A stretch of 62,214 bases of DNA, filler included, from 5 parts of 5 records of this genome joined end to end with filler, not necessarily neighbours in it, one strand, 5' to 3'. Shown: positions 38,486 to 48,471, counted from the whole stretch's first letter. Numbers and translations are program-made. Notes: a model not told the origin generated them from the letters alone.

Positions 38486-39730
38486 ATGGCAGTTTTGGAA
38501 AAATTAACTTCGCAAGATGCAATTGCATTAGAGAACAAGTATGGCGCACACAATTATCATCCGCTTCCTGTGGTATTAAGCAGAGGAGAAGGGGTATTTA
38601 TGTGGGATGCCGAGGACAAAAAATATTACGACTTTCTATCGGCTTACTCTGCCGTAAATCAAGGTCATTGTCATCCACGAATTATAAATGCTATGATGGA
38701 GCAAGCAAAAACACTTACGCTTACTTCTCGTGCTTTTTATAATGATGTTTTGGGTGTTTTTGAAAAGTATGCAACGTCATATTTTGGTTTTGATAAGCTT
38801 TTACCTATGAATACAGGTGCGGAAGCTGTAGAGACTGCTATAAAAATATGTAGAAAATGGGCATATGAGAAAAAAGGAATAGCGGAAGAGAAGGCTCAGA
38901 TTATTGTTTGTGAAAATAATTTTCATGGGAGAACAACCACAATTATATCTTTTTCAAATGATGAAGATGCACGTAAGAATTTTGGGCCTTATACTCCAGG
39001 ATTTATTAAAATTCCTTATGATAATACAGAGGCGTTAGAAAAAGCTTTAAAAGAAAATACTAACATCGCAGGTTTTTTAGTAGAACCAATTCAAGGAGAA
39101 GCTGGAGTTTACGTTCCTTCTGAAGGGTATCTAACAAAAGCAAAAGCACTTTGTAAAGAGCATGGGGTTTTATTTATTGCTGATGAAATTCAGACTGGAA
39201 TTGCAAGAACTGGGAAATTGTTGGCGGTAGATCATGAAAATGTAAAACCAGACATGCTTATTCTAGGAAAAGCAATTAGTGGTGGCGTATATCCTGTGAG
39301 TGCTGTATTGGCAAACGATGACGTAATGGGTGTTATAAAACCGGGTCAGCACGGAAGTACATTTGGAGGAAATCCTGTGGCTGCAGTTGTAGCTATGGAA
39401 GCTCTGGAAGTAGTGAAAGATGAAGGACTAGCTAAAAATGCTGAGACATTAGGAACGTTATTCAGAAGTGAACTTCAAAAATATATTGATAATAGCACTA
39501 TTGTTAAGTTAGTTAGAGGAAAAGGATTATTAAACGCTATTGTAATTAACGATAGTGAAGATAGTTCTACCGCATGGGATATTTGTATGTCCTTAAAAGA
39601 AAATGGCCTTTTAGCAAAACCAACGCATGGTAATATTATTCGTTTTGCACCACCTTTGGTAATGACAGAAGAGCAATTACACGATTGTATTTCTATTATT
39701 ACAAAAACTTTGAAAGAGTTCGAAAAATAA
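38486..39730 (+). CDS. rocD: Ornithine aminotransferase
   Basis: [36 protein letters not shown] and HGSTFGGNP motifs; start MAVLEK. Confidence 0.96.
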   Translation: MAVLEKLTSQDAIALENKYGAHNYHPLPVVLSRGEGVFMWDAEDKKYYDFLSAYSAVNQGHCHPRIINAMMEQAKTLTLTSRAFYNDVLGVFEKYATSYFGFDKLLPMNTGAEAVETAIKICRKWAYEKKGIAEEKAQIIVCENNFHGRTTTIISFSNDEDARKNFGPYTPGFIKIPYDNTEALEKALKENTNIAGFLVEPIQGEAGVYVPSEGYLTKAKALCKEHGVLFIADEIQTGIARTGKLLAVDHENVKPDMLILGKAISGGVYPVSAVLANDDVMGVIKPGQHGSTFGGNPVAAVVAMEALEVVKDEGLAKNAETLGTLFRSELQKYIDNSTIVKLVRGKGLLNAIVINDSEDSSTAWDICMSLKENGLLAKPTHGNIIRFAPPLVMTEEQLHDCISIITKTLKEFEK

Positions 39731-39751
39731 AGTTGTGTGTAAACAAGGTAT

Positions 39752-39782
39752 AAAAAAATCCCCGCGATAGCGGGGATTTTTT
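39752..39782. terminator. Bidirectional intrinsic terminator
   Basis: AAAAAATCCCCGC-GATA-GCGGGGATTTTTT. Confidence 0.85.
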
Positions 39783-39788
39783 AGTTCT

Positions 39789-39900
39789 AATTAATTACCT
39801 CGGGGGCAAGTCCACGAAGCATCTTTAACTTATTTCAACGCAGAGCCTTTGATATACTCAGAACAGGCTCTGGGGAATTAGATACTCTATAAGGAATTAA
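39789..39900. repeat. Degenerate dispersed palindromic repeat (MITE-like remnant)
   Basis: TTAATTACCTCGGGGGCAAGTCCACGAAGCAT ... CAGAGCCT..AGGCTCTG GGGAATTA; related to 38322-38350. Confidence 0.45.
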
Positions 39901-39909
39901 ATAAGGATT

Positions 39910-40233
39910 TTATTGCTCAATTCCCCATTGTTCCAATATTTCTTGTTGTTGTAACTGTATTTCATCCCAACCTATAGTAGCTATTCGATAGATAGTAACA
40001 GCTAAATATAGAAGGTTTATTATAAGAACAACAAGAGCCACAGTTTTTGCTGTTTGCATAGCTTTTACATTGTCGTAATTTTCAGGATTTAATTGTGCTT
40101 GCTTAATTTTACTGTTTGCCATAAAAAAAGCAATACCTGCAGGGATAAACCCTAATCCTGCAAAGCAGCAGCATAAAAAACCTAAAATTGATAAAACATA
40201 ATGTAAGGTTGGATTTAGTCTTTGTTTTTCCAT
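39910..40233 (-). CDS. CCC-motif membrane protein
   Basis: GFLCCCFAGLG and two hydrophobic segments. Confidence 0.85.
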   Translation of the reverse strand: MEKQRLNPTLHYVLSILGFLCCCFAGLGFIPAGIAFFMANSKIKQAQLNPENYDNVKAMQTAKTVALVVLIINLLYLAVTIYRIATIGWDEIQLQQQEILEQWGIEQ

Positions 40234-40248
40234 AAAATTTAATTAATG

Positions 40249-40548
40249 TTAATTGATTATTTTTATAATATAGCTAATTATTATAGTAGAAATAGTAATA
40301 ATTGCAAATCCATATTTTAACCTTTCTATAAGCTTGATATTTGTAAAAGTAGAAGCAATTATAAACCCAATAAACATTATTAAAGGATATATAGCGGGGT
40401 ACATTTTAAAAGCTGCTACAAACTCTCCTTGAAACAATAATGCCACAGAGCGTTGTAAACCGCATCCTAAACATTCCATCCCAAAAAGTTTTTTATTCAG
40501 GCATGGCAGCATAAAGTCTTCTGCTTTGGTAAATAATAAAAAGGTCAT
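40249..40548 (-). CDS. DUF2752-like membrane protein
   Basis: PCLNKKLFGMECLGCGLQRS...AAFKMYP. Confidence 0.85.
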   Translation of the reverse strand: MTFLLFTKAEDFMLPCLNKKLFGMECLGCGLQRSVALLFQGEFVAAFKMYPAIYPLIMFIGFIIASTFTNIKLIERLKYGFAIITISTIIISYIIKIIN

Positions 40549-40651
40549 TGTGTGTTATACTAAAAACTATTGTAAACTTATTAAAAACTTATTAAACCTA
40601 ACTTGTTTCAATATATTATTTTTGTAGCTTAATGTATTAAATGATTATGAA

Positions 40652-40867
40652 ATGAAGTTAGTTTCTCTATTATGTATTGTGGCTGGCGCCATATTAGTTT
40701 TTATGTTTAACGATCAATCGGAATATGATAAATACCTGAAAATACTAGGCTTTATTCTATTAATGTTTGGATTGTATCAATCAACTAAACTATGGGTGAA
40801 AGACAATCCTAAAGAAGATAAAAAGGAAGATGAAAAAAGCTTAGAAGATCATTTAAAAGATAATTAA
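40652..40867 (+). CDS. Small two-TM hypothetical protein
   Basis: Two hydrophobic segments and a charged tail; 1 nt from the next start. Confidence 0.7.
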   Translation: MKLVSLLCIVAGAILVFMFNDQSEYDKYLKILGFILLMFGLYQSTKLWVKDNPKEDKKEDEKSLEDHLKDN

Positions 40868-40868
40868 A

Positions 40869-41411
40869 ATGAAATTTCAAGTAGGAGATACTGTTGAGGT
40901 TTTAGATGATGCTATTAAGGGAAAGGTAACTAAACTAGTAGGAACCTCTGTGTTTATTGATACAGAAGATGGTTTCCCGATGGAATTTCAAGAAAATGAG
41001 TTGGTAAAAATTAGTGCTTCCAACGAATTGAAGGTTAGTAATATTGACGTCTACCGAGCAGTTAAAGAAAAGAAAAAAGGAGAGAAAAAGTTTAAGAAAT
41101 CGGTTAAAGTGGAAAGGGTAATGCCTCCTATGGAAGTTGATTTGCATATTCATAAACTTACCGAGTCCACAAGGGGAATGACTAATTTTGACATGCTAAA
41201 CCTTCAAGTGGATACTGCAAAGCACAAGTTGGAATTTGCTATTCAGAATAGAATTCAGAAAATAGTTTTTATTCACGGTATAGGAGAAGGTGTACTTCGT
41301 ACAGAGTTAGAATATTTATTTGGACGTTATAGCAATATAACCTATTACGATGCCGATTATAGAACCTATGGTTTAGGAGCCACCGAAGTTTATATTTATC
41401 AAAATAAATAA
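40869..41411 (+). CDS. Smr/MutS2 C-terminal domain protein
   Basis: EVDLH, FIHGIGEGVLR and GATEV motifs; N-terminal KOW-like GDTVEVLDD. Confidence 0.92.
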   Translation: MKFQVGDTVEVLDDAIKGKVTKLVGTSVFIDTEDGFPMEFQENELVKISASNELKVSNIDVYRAVKEKKKGEKKFKKSVKVERVMPPMEVDLHIHKLTESTRGMTNFDMLNLQVDTAKHKLEFAIQNRIQKIVFIHGIGEGVLRTELEYLFGRYSNITYYDADYRTYGLGATEVYIYQNK

Positions 41412-41543
41412 ATTTATTAAGCCTAATATTGGTTAAAAAAATATAATTATTTTGTAAGCTAGCTTATAAATTCTAACCACAAATTCGTGGCAAACAGATT
41501 TTTCAGATTGTTACAAACCATAATACTTTATGTGTAGAGTGGT

Positions 41544-42452
41544 TTATTTTTCGGTTTGGGTAACTTTAGTTTCAATGATACCGTATAAATATTCTTCTAC
41601 ATCAAATTTAATTTCTTCATCTCCATTTTGTAATTTGAAACCATCAATAATCATAATTTCACTACTGTAAATAGATTGGTATTCATTTTTCTTTAATCCA
41701 AATACATCTGTAGTAGCAGTAGCTGCAGTTGTGGTAAGATAATTAGGAACTTTCTGACCTTCAATTTCAGTAGTATCGTTTGCTGGATTTCCGTCTCCAT
41801 TTAAATCTTCATCAATTGTAAGAATTCCATCATCATCATCATCGTTATCTAAATAATTAGGAATACCATCTCCATCAGTATCTGTAAATATTACTTGATT
41901 TAAGTCGTCAAAATCTATTTCGTCTTTTGTAAACACGTTATCATTATCATCATCTCGGTCTATATAATCTGGGATACCATCGCCATCACTATCTCTAGAA
42001 GCTTCTTTATTTACAGTGCCATCTTCATTATAAACTACTCCTTCTTGAGCGGTTGGTACACCATCTTGATCATCATCTTCAAGGGTAGTAACAATTCTTA
42101 TAGTTCCGCTAGGCGCATACCATTCTTCTGTAACAAGAGGTGTTGTTGGCGGTACAGTTTGGCAGAAGTATGAACTTTTAACTTCAGCATCAAAAATTCG
42201 GTATAAAACTTGGTTTGACGTATTGTTAATTGGGAATTCTAGAGTGTCTACTTCTTTGAAATTAACAGTACTGGAAGTTATTTTTACGATAAGGGCTTCA
42301 GTTCCGTTTTCAGAGATTTTAAATAATGTAGTATTGCTACAAGGATTATTAATTTCTGTGTCGTCAAATTCGAGACGTTCGATTATAAAATCCCCATCAT
42401 CACAACTACTTAGCATTATTGATATAAAAACAAAAAAGAAGACTCTTTTCAT
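41544..42452 (-). CDS. Lipoprotein with DxDxDG calcium-binding repeats
   Basis: MKRVFF...LSSC-DDGD lipobox; DSDGDGIPDYID, DTDGDGIPNYLD and DLNGDG repeats. Confidence 0.85.
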   Translation of the reverse strand: MKRVFFFVFISIMLSSCDDGDFIIERLEFDDTEINNPCSNTTLFKISENGTEALIVKITSSTVNFKEVDTLEFPINNTSNQVLYRIFDAEVKSSYFCQTVPPTTPLVTEEWYAPSGTIRIVTTLEDDDQDGVPTAQEGVVYNEDGTVNKEASRDSDGDGIPDYIDRDDDNDNVFTKDEIDFDDLNQVIFTDTDGDGIPNYLDNDDDDDGILTIDEDLNGDGNPANDTTEIEGQKVPNYLTTTAATATTDVFGLKKNEYQSIYSSEIMIIDGFKLQNGDEEIKFDVEEYLYGIIETKVTQTEK

Positions 42453-42489
42453 ACTTAAAATTTTAAAACTTAAACAAATGTAAAACATA

Positions 42490-42540
42490 CAAAGTTATAA
42501 CGAAATTTATTGCGAATAATTTTAATTAAAAGTACTTTTG
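42490..42540. promoter_or_regulatory. Back-to-back Bacteroidota promoters
   Basis: Minus TAACTTTG (42490-42497). Plus TTG (42510), N20, then TACTTTTG (42533-42540). Confidence 0.65.
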
Positions 42541-42544
42541 CGGC

Positions 42545-43693
42545 ATGCAAAAAGTGTATTTAGACAGTGCTGCTACAACGCAGGTGAGAGCGGAAGTGAT
42601 TGAGAAAATGCAGGAAGCATTGGCAACATTCTACGGAAATCCGTCTTCTACTCATAGTTTTGGTAGATCCGCTAAAACTCAAATAGAAAAAGCACGTAAA
42701 ACAATAGCAAAACGACTTAATGCGAGTCCGTCTGAAATTATATTCACTTCTGGAGGTACGGAAGCTGATAATATGATTTTACGTTGTGCTGTTCGAGATT
42801 TAGAAATAAAACATATTATAACCTCTAAAATTGAGCATCATGCGGTTTTACATACCGTAGAACAACTTGAAGTGGAATATGGAGTAAAAATTTCGTATGT
42901 AAAATTGAACGAATGTGGAACGCCAAGTTTAGAGGATTTAGAGACTTTACTTAAAGAAAATTCTGAAAAGACATTAGTGAGTTTAATGCATGTAAATAAC
43001 GAAATTGGAAACATGATCGATATTGATGCATTTGCAGATAAGTGTAAAGAGTATAATGCTTTATTTCATTCAGACAGCGTCCAATCTATTGGGCATTGGG
43101 AGTGGGATGTGCAAAAAACTAAAGTCGACTTTTTAACGGCAGCGGCTCATAAATTTCATGGACCCAAAGGAATAGGTTTTGCATTTATCAGAAAAAATAT
43201 ACCCTTAAAGCAATTAATTCACGGAGGATCTCAGGAACGAGGATTTAGAGCAGGAACAGAACCTTTTCATAATATTGTTGGTTTAGAGGAAGCTTTTATA
43301 CAGGCCTATGATCATTTAGATGAAGAACGTACTTATGTTACCGAGCTAAAAGAGTATTTTATGAAAGAACTCTCTAATGCAATGCCTGGTGTTAAGTATA
43401 ATGGAAATTGTGCAGATAATGAAAAAAGTACTTATACTTTAGTAAATGCATGTTTGCCATTAAGTGCCGATAAAGGAGCTTTACTTTTATTTCAACTAGA
43501 TATTAAAGGTATTGCATGCTCTAAAGGAAGTGCTTGTCAAAGTGGAAGCGCTGCAGGTTCTCATGTGCTTACTGAAATTTTAAATGAAGAAGATTCTCAA
43601 AGACCTTCTGTAAGATTTTCATTTTCTAAATACAATACAAAGGAAGAATTAGATTACGTTGTTGCTTGTTTAAAGGAATTTGCCAATAGCTAA
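42545..43693 (+). CDS. Cysteine desulfurase, IscS/NifS class
   Basis: YLDSAATT, GNPSS, SGGTEA, AHKFHGPKG and GSACQSG motifs. Confidence 0.95.
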   Translation: MQKVYLDSAATTQVRAEVIEKMQEALATFYGNPSSTHSFGRSAKTQIEKARKTIAKRLNASPSEIIFTSGGTEADNMILRCAVRDLEIKHIITSKIEHHAVLHTVEQLEVEYGVKISYVKLNECGTPSLEDLETLLKENSEKTLVSLMHVNNEIGNMIDIDAFADKCKEYNALFHSDSVQSIGHWEWDVQKTKVDFLTAAAHKFHGPKGIGFAFIRKNIPLKQLIHGGSQERGFRAGTEPFHNIVGLEEAFIQAYDHLDEERTYVTELKEYFMKELSNAMPGVKYNGNCADNEKSTYTLVNACLPLSADKGALLLFQLDIKGIACSKGSACQSGSAAGSHVLTEILNEEDSQRPSVRFSFSKYNTKEELDYVVACLKEFANS

Positions 43694-43714
43694 TACAAGT
43701 AAAAAGAAGAATAT

Positions 43715-43749
43715 AAAAAAAACGTTCCTCATTGAGGAACGTTTTTTTT
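43715..43749. terminator. Bidirectional intrinsic terminator
   Basis: AAAAAAAACGTTCCTC-ATT-GAGGAACGTTTTTTTT. Confidence 0.88.
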
Positions 43750-43766
43750 AGTAATCTATTGTAATA

Positions 43767-44825
43767 TTAACTTTTCTGTTCTTTATTGAAGTAAACAAGG
43801 TAGTAATACATTTGTTTTTCTTCGTCCCATCCTTTTTCTACAAATTTCTCAGCAGACTCTGGATTGATAAAGTCCATTTTTATTTGAATGTTAGTATCTA
43901 AATTAATTACATTCTTAATTTTTTTACGAGCATCAGAAACGGCTTTGTTTGCAATAGGAAATGAAGATACATCTTCAATACTATATTTTGGGCCTTTTTC
44001 TGTTTTGTAATTTTTAAATTCAGGAATCAAATCTGGATTATCCATTACTTCGTTTAAGAAACTAGTTTCTTCAAAATCATCGTTTTTTGCAAAATGATTC
44101 ACAGCACGATTCATAAACATTACTTCTTCTTTTTTGTCTTCTGCTGGTAAAACAACATCTTTGGCAAAGTCTTGACAAAACTTAAGGTATTTTTTGGTAA
44201 AAAAAGTTTCATCTGTAAGCGCATCAACATTTAAAAAGTTTTCTAGCCAATATTTAGTATCGTAACGGTTACTGTCTACAGATAAAATTTTAAAGCCTTC
44301 TTCTTTATTTTTATTGATAATAAGACACCCTTTGTCAAGTTTGTTAATATTAATACCATGGCGGATTAATATTTCAAGGTTAGTTCCTTTTTCTTCAAAC
44401 TCTAGAAAATCATGTTTTAACTCTGATTTAAAAACACCAATAGCATCAATCTTTTCATTATCAATTACAACATCCGAGAGGTACGTTACATATACTTCTC
44501 CGCTTTTTATATGCGGATGGTTGGATTGATCGTATAAATGTGTTGCTATACTTTTTGATACTTTATGAATACTGGCTGGATCTTCAAAAACCTCGGTAGC
44601 CATAGTGTATAATTCATTGTATTCTAAATCAACCTCATGGTCAAAACGGTAATAATTTTCTTCTTTTTCACGAAAAGGCTTAAAAAAATATTCTTTTAAT
44701 AAACCAGTAATTTCGTCGTTTAAGCGGTAAGGTTCTTCTGAAAAGAAAGTACCTTCATTTTTACTTTTATTTCCAATTCTATGAATGGAAAGACTTTCAA
44801 TTTGTGTAAGATATAAATTGATCAT
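43767..44825 (-). CDS. Nucleoid-associated protein (YejK/NdpA-like)
   Basis: SIHRIGNK, LYDQSNHPHIKSGE, GVFKSE, KLDKGCLI and YWLENFL motifs. Confidence 0.85.
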   Translation of the reverse strand: MINLYLTQIESLSIHRIGNKSKNEGTFFSEEPYRLNDEITGLLKEYFFKPFREKEENYYRFDHEVDLEYNELYTMATEVFEDPASIHKVSKSIATHLYDQSNHPHIKSGEVYVTYLSDVVIDNEKIDAIGVFKSELKHDFLEFEEKGTNLEILIRHGININKLDKGCLIINKNKEEGFKILSVDSNRYDTKYWLENFLNVDALTDETFFTKKYLKFCQDFAKDVVLPAEDKKEEVMFMNRAVNHFAKNDDFEETSFLNEVMDNPDLIPEFKNYKTEKGPKYSIEDVSSFPIANKAVSDARKKIKNVINLDTNIQIKMDFINPESAEKFVEKGWDEEKQMYYYLVYFNKEQKS

Positions 44826-44928
44826 TTAATAAGTTAAAAGTTAAATTGTTAGATTAAAAGTCTGAGAAAAAAGAAAATTTTTAATGTATTCTTTTTGTGT
44901 TTTTTATTTTAAATCCCTTCTAAAAGGA

Positions 44929-45441
44929 CTAATTCCAATGTTCGTCAAAATTGAAATCATCTAAATTATCCAAGTCGTAATCGTCGTCCATATTGTCCTC
45001 ATCTTCTGATAGGTCTTCTGCTTCGAACTTTTTTACTGGAGGCGCATCTGGTAATTGCCCATGTACATATAGGAGATTAGGATAAATTGCTCCATCTTCT
45101 TTTTCGGCTATCTCGGCTAATTCAACAAAAAATGTCCACATACTAAAAAAGTCGTATACATATATTAGATTTCTGTTGTTTTCATTTAAAATATCCTCAA
45201 TAATAGTTTCAGACATCAGTCTTACCTCACTTCCAGAGTCGCTCATATCAAAAAGGGCGATTTCTTCTCCTTGATTCCATTCTTCATCACTTACATAAAA
45301 TGACGCCATTTCAGTTCCATCAAAACCAAAAGCTTGAGAAACTGCATTATGAAAATCTTCAAGTGTGCTATTTCCTTCAACTTCAATATCTCGAAAAACA
45401 TCTTCCTCTAAGTCGAGTATAATTCTAAATTTATAAATCAT
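44929..45441 (-). CDS. pRiA4b ORF-3-like protein
   Basis: VFRDIE..STLEDFHNAVSQAFGF and YVYDFF..WTF motifs; acidic tail. Confidence 0.8.
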   Translation of the reverse strand: MIYKFRIILDLEEDVFRDIEVEGNSTLEDFHNAVSQAFGFDGTEMASFYVSDEEWNQGEEIALFDMSDSGSEVRLMSETIIEDILNENNRNLIYVYDFFSMWTFFVELAEIAEKEDGAIYPNLLYVHGQLPDAPPVKKFEAEDLSEDEDNMDDDYDLDNLDDFNFDEHWN

Positions 45442-45557
45442 TAATTCTAGTTTTTTCAGCGTGGTGCAAGTTACAAAGTTTTGTGTTGAATTCCACTAAG
45501 TCTTCATGATTTCCGTAGACAATTATTGTTGAAAATACATTGTTTTATACCGTTCAA

Positions 45558-46604
45558 TTAGCTTATGTTCTTGCTTTGAGGGACTTGGTTTTTATTTGTT
45601 TTTGCCTCAAGAAGTAAATAAAATTGAATCCCAAATAAAATAGAAGCAATGACTAAATGTAATGCCTGGCTACCAAAAGGAAAATGGAAGTAGAACATCC
45701 CAATTCCTGTTAATATTTCTATAATAATAAATGCTAAAACCCAATTTACTTTTGAAAATCCAAGGTTTAATTTTTTATTTCTGAGGAATAAAAATACGTT
45801 TACTAAAAAGACTAATACGGATAAAGACCGGTGGATGTAAAAATCGATTTCAGGATTTGCTAACCATTGATTCTTTGCCATTGTTCCATAAACATCAGTT
45901 TGTTCATCTATAAATTGTCGAACCTGTGTTCCTAAAACTATTTGTATAAGTGTAAGGATTAAAGCTGCTACTAGGATACTTGAAAACAGACTATTTGATT
46001 TAAGAGTTTTATTTTTTTCTTTAGTCTGATAGATAATAATAAGAATAAAAGCAACAATTACAAGAGCCATAACCATATGTAATGTAATCCTAATTGGCGC
46101 TAAAACTGAATATACAACTGTAGCACCAAGCCAAGCTTGGAAGCCCATTCCAAAAACTGTAAGCCATGCTAGAATAGGAATCCATTTATTTTTTTTCCGA
46201 TATGAAAACGATGCAAATGCTAAAATAAGTGTAGCAAAACCAGCTAAGGCACCAAACAAACGGTTTATATATTCCACCCAAGTATGCGACGGATTGAAAA
46301 CAGCGTAATCATGTTTTGTATAGGTCTCCCAATGAGATTCTGTATAGGTGTTTCCAGTAGTGAAGTCTTCTTTAGCTACTTTTAACGTTTTATCTACAAT
46401 AATAACTTGTCCTTTTTTGAATTCTCTTTTAGGCTGCCATTCAAGTTGAGAAATTTCAGTAGGAGGAATGTAATACCCAAAACACTTTGGCCAATCTGGA
46501 CACCCCATACCACTACCTGTCATACGCACCACAGCTCCAGCTATAATTACTAGATACACTAATACAAGTGTGATTTTTGCTATTTTTCTAAAATTGTTTT
46601 TCAC
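45558..46604 (-). CDS. ctaA: COX15/CtaA heme A synthase family protein
   Basis: VRMTGSGMGCPDWPKC, QAWLG and several TM helices with LHM, IHR and LHL. Confidence 0.88.
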   Translation of the reverse strand: MKNNFRKIAKITLVLVYLVIIAGAVVRMTGSGMGCPDWPKCFGYYIPPTEISQLEWQPKREFKKGQVIIVDKTLKVAKEDFTTGNTYTESHWETYTKHDYAVFNPSHTWVEYINRLFGALAGFATLILAFASFSYRKKNKWIPILAWLTVFGMGFQAWLGATVVYSVLAPIRITLHMVMALVIVAFILIIIYQTKEKNKTLKSNSLFSSILVAALILTLIQIVLGTQVRQFIDEQTDVYGTMAKNQWLANPEIDFYIHRSLSVLVFLVNVFLFLRNKKLNLGFSKVNWVLAFIIIEILTGIGMFYFHFPFGSQALHLVIASILFGIQFYLLLEAKTNKNQVPQSKNIS

Positions 46605-46610
46605 TTTTTA

Positions 46611-46656
46611 AGGTTCAAAGGTTCAAAGGCTCAAAAGATTAAAAATATTCAAAGGT
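46611..46656. repeat. Degenerate 8-bp tandem repeat
   Basis: AGGTTCAA AGGTTCAA AGGCTCAA AAGATTAA ...TTCAAAGGT. Confidence 0.55.
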
Positions 46657-46706
46657 TTTTTGTTTTTATTTCTACACAAACTAAATACATTTATTTTGCC
46701 ACTTTG

Positions 46707-48137
46707 CTATTTCTCAACAGGTGTTAATCCAAGTTTTTTTCCTCTTTTTAACATGAATTCGAAAGCAGCATCATGTTCATTCGGAATTTCACCTTCTAAA
46801 ATAGCTTCTTTAATAGCCTCTTTTATAATTCCAATTTCTTTTGAAGGTTTAATATTAAAAGTTTCCATTATTTCTGCACCATCAACTGGAGGTTGGAAAT
46901 TTCGTACATGATCTCTTTCTTCAACTTCAGCTATTTTCTGACGAACAATTTTAAAGTTGTTGTTGTATTTTTTAAAACGTTTAGGATTTTTAGTAGTAAT
47001 ATCAGCCTCACAAAGAGTCATTAAATCTTCTACGTGGTTTCCAGCATCAAAAATTAATCGTCTTACAGCTGAATCGGTTACTATATCCTGAGCCAATACA
47101 ATTGGTCGAGAACTCATTAAAACGAGCTTTTGTACCAGTTTCATTTTATCATTTAGAGGCATATGCAGGCGTTTAAATAGTTTATAAACCATTTTAGAGC
47201 CTACAAATTCGTGTCCGTGAAAGGTCCAGCCAATTTTTTCATCAAAACGCTTAGTAGGTGCTTTTCCGATATCGTGTAATAAAGCAGCCCATCGCAACCA
47301 AAGGTCATCTGTGTTTTTAGCAATATTATCTACTACCTCAAGCGTATGCCAGAAATTATCTTTATGCTTTTGTCCTTCCTTCTCTTCAATGCCTTGAAGG
47401 TTTGTTAATTCGGGCATAATAATAGGTAGTAATCCTGTTTTGAATAATAGAGAAAAGCCAATAGAAGGTTTTTTACTAAGTAATATTTTATTTAGTTCAT
47501 CTACAATACGCTCGTTTGAGATGATTTTTATTCGTTCTCTATTTTTTTTAATTGCTTGAAGCGATTTATTCTCAATAATGAAATCAAGCTGTGAGGCAAA
47601 TCTTATAGCGCGCATCATTCTTAACGGATCATCAGAATACGTAATATCTGGATCCAATGGGGTTCTAATAATTTTATTTTCAAGATCAGAAATCCCATTA
47701 AAGGGATCTAGAAGTTCTCCATAGCTCTCTTTGTTTAAAGAAATAGCCAGCGCATTAATTGTGAAATCTCTTCTATTTTGGTCGTCTTCTAAAGTACCGT
47801 TTTCAACAACTGGTTTCCTACTATCAAAGTGGTAGCTTTCTTTCCGAGCTCCTACAAATTCTACTTCTAAATCTTCAAAACGAATCATGGCCGTTCCGAA
47901 GTTTTTAAAAACAGAAATCTTAGTCTTCTTTTCTATATTTGAAGCCACTTCTTTTGCTAAATCAATTCCGCTACCAAGCGCTACAACATCAATATCTTTT
48001 GGAATTCCTCTTTCTAGTAGAAAATCGCGTACAAAACCACCAATAACATAGCTTTTTAGGTTTAAAGAAGCAGATGCTTTTTCGATAATTTCAAAAATTG
48101 GATTTTGAATCGCGGTAATGATCTTTTTATTTGACAT
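46707..48137 (-). CDS. cca: CCA tRNA nucleotidyltransferase with HD domain
   Basis: GGFVRD, DID, RRDFTINA, DDPLRMMRAIRF and LLHDIGK motifs. Confidence 0.94.
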   Translation of the reverse strand: MSNKKIITAIQNPIFEIIEKASASLNLKSYVIGGFVRDFLLERGIPKDIDVVALGSGIDLAKEVASNIEKKTKISVFKNFGTAMIRFEDLEVEFVGARKESYHFDSRKPVVENGTLEDDQNRRDFTINALAISLNKESYGELLDPFNGISDLENKIIRTPLDPDITYSDDPLRMMRAIRFASQLDFIIENKSLQAIKKNRERIKIISNERIVDELNKILLSKKPSIGFSLLFKTGLLPIIMPELTNLQGIEEKEGQKHKDNFWHTLEVVDNIAKNTDDLWLRWAALLHDIGKAPTKRFDEKIGWTFHGHEFVGSKMVYKLFKRLHMPLNDKMKLVQKLVLMSSRPIVLAQDIVTDSAVRRLIFDAGNHVEDLMTLCEADITTKNPKRFKKYNNNFKIVRQKIAEVEERDHVRNFQPPVDGAEIMETFNIKPSKEIGIIKEAIKEAILEGEIPNEHDAAFEFMLKRGKKLGLTPVEK

Positions 48138-48177
48138 TCATTTCTTTTTTTGCCACAAATTCACTAATATTTTATAA

Positions 48178-48471
48178 TTAGTAAATAATTCTCCTGTGGT
48201 CTAATAAATCTTTATGGAAATTAGCCAATAATGCTAATTTTAATTTTGAAACTTTTAAGTAATTTATACATTGAGCAAAATGTTTATCATGCAAATTATC
48301 ACATGATTTAACTTCTAAGATAATTTTATCAAAAACAACAAAATCTGCATAGAATTTATGAGGTAAAGTAATATTTTTATATGAAACTTTAAACTCTTTT
48401 TCTCTTTCGAAAGGAATATTTAAAGACTTAAACTCATACTCTAATGCATCTTTATAAATTAATGTGCTCAT
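48178..48471 (-). pseudogene. GxxExxY family (PD-(D/E)XK-like) gene lacking its N-terminus
   Basis: IYKDALEYEF...FYADFVVFDKIILEVKS...QCINYLK...LLANF is present, but the upstream G-x-x-E part of the motif is absent. Confidence 0.75.

Noticed and set aside
44929-45441. pRiA4b ORF-3-like gene as evidence of an IS or plasmid
   Set aside because: No transposase or IRs nearby; it sits in a co-oriented housekeeping run.
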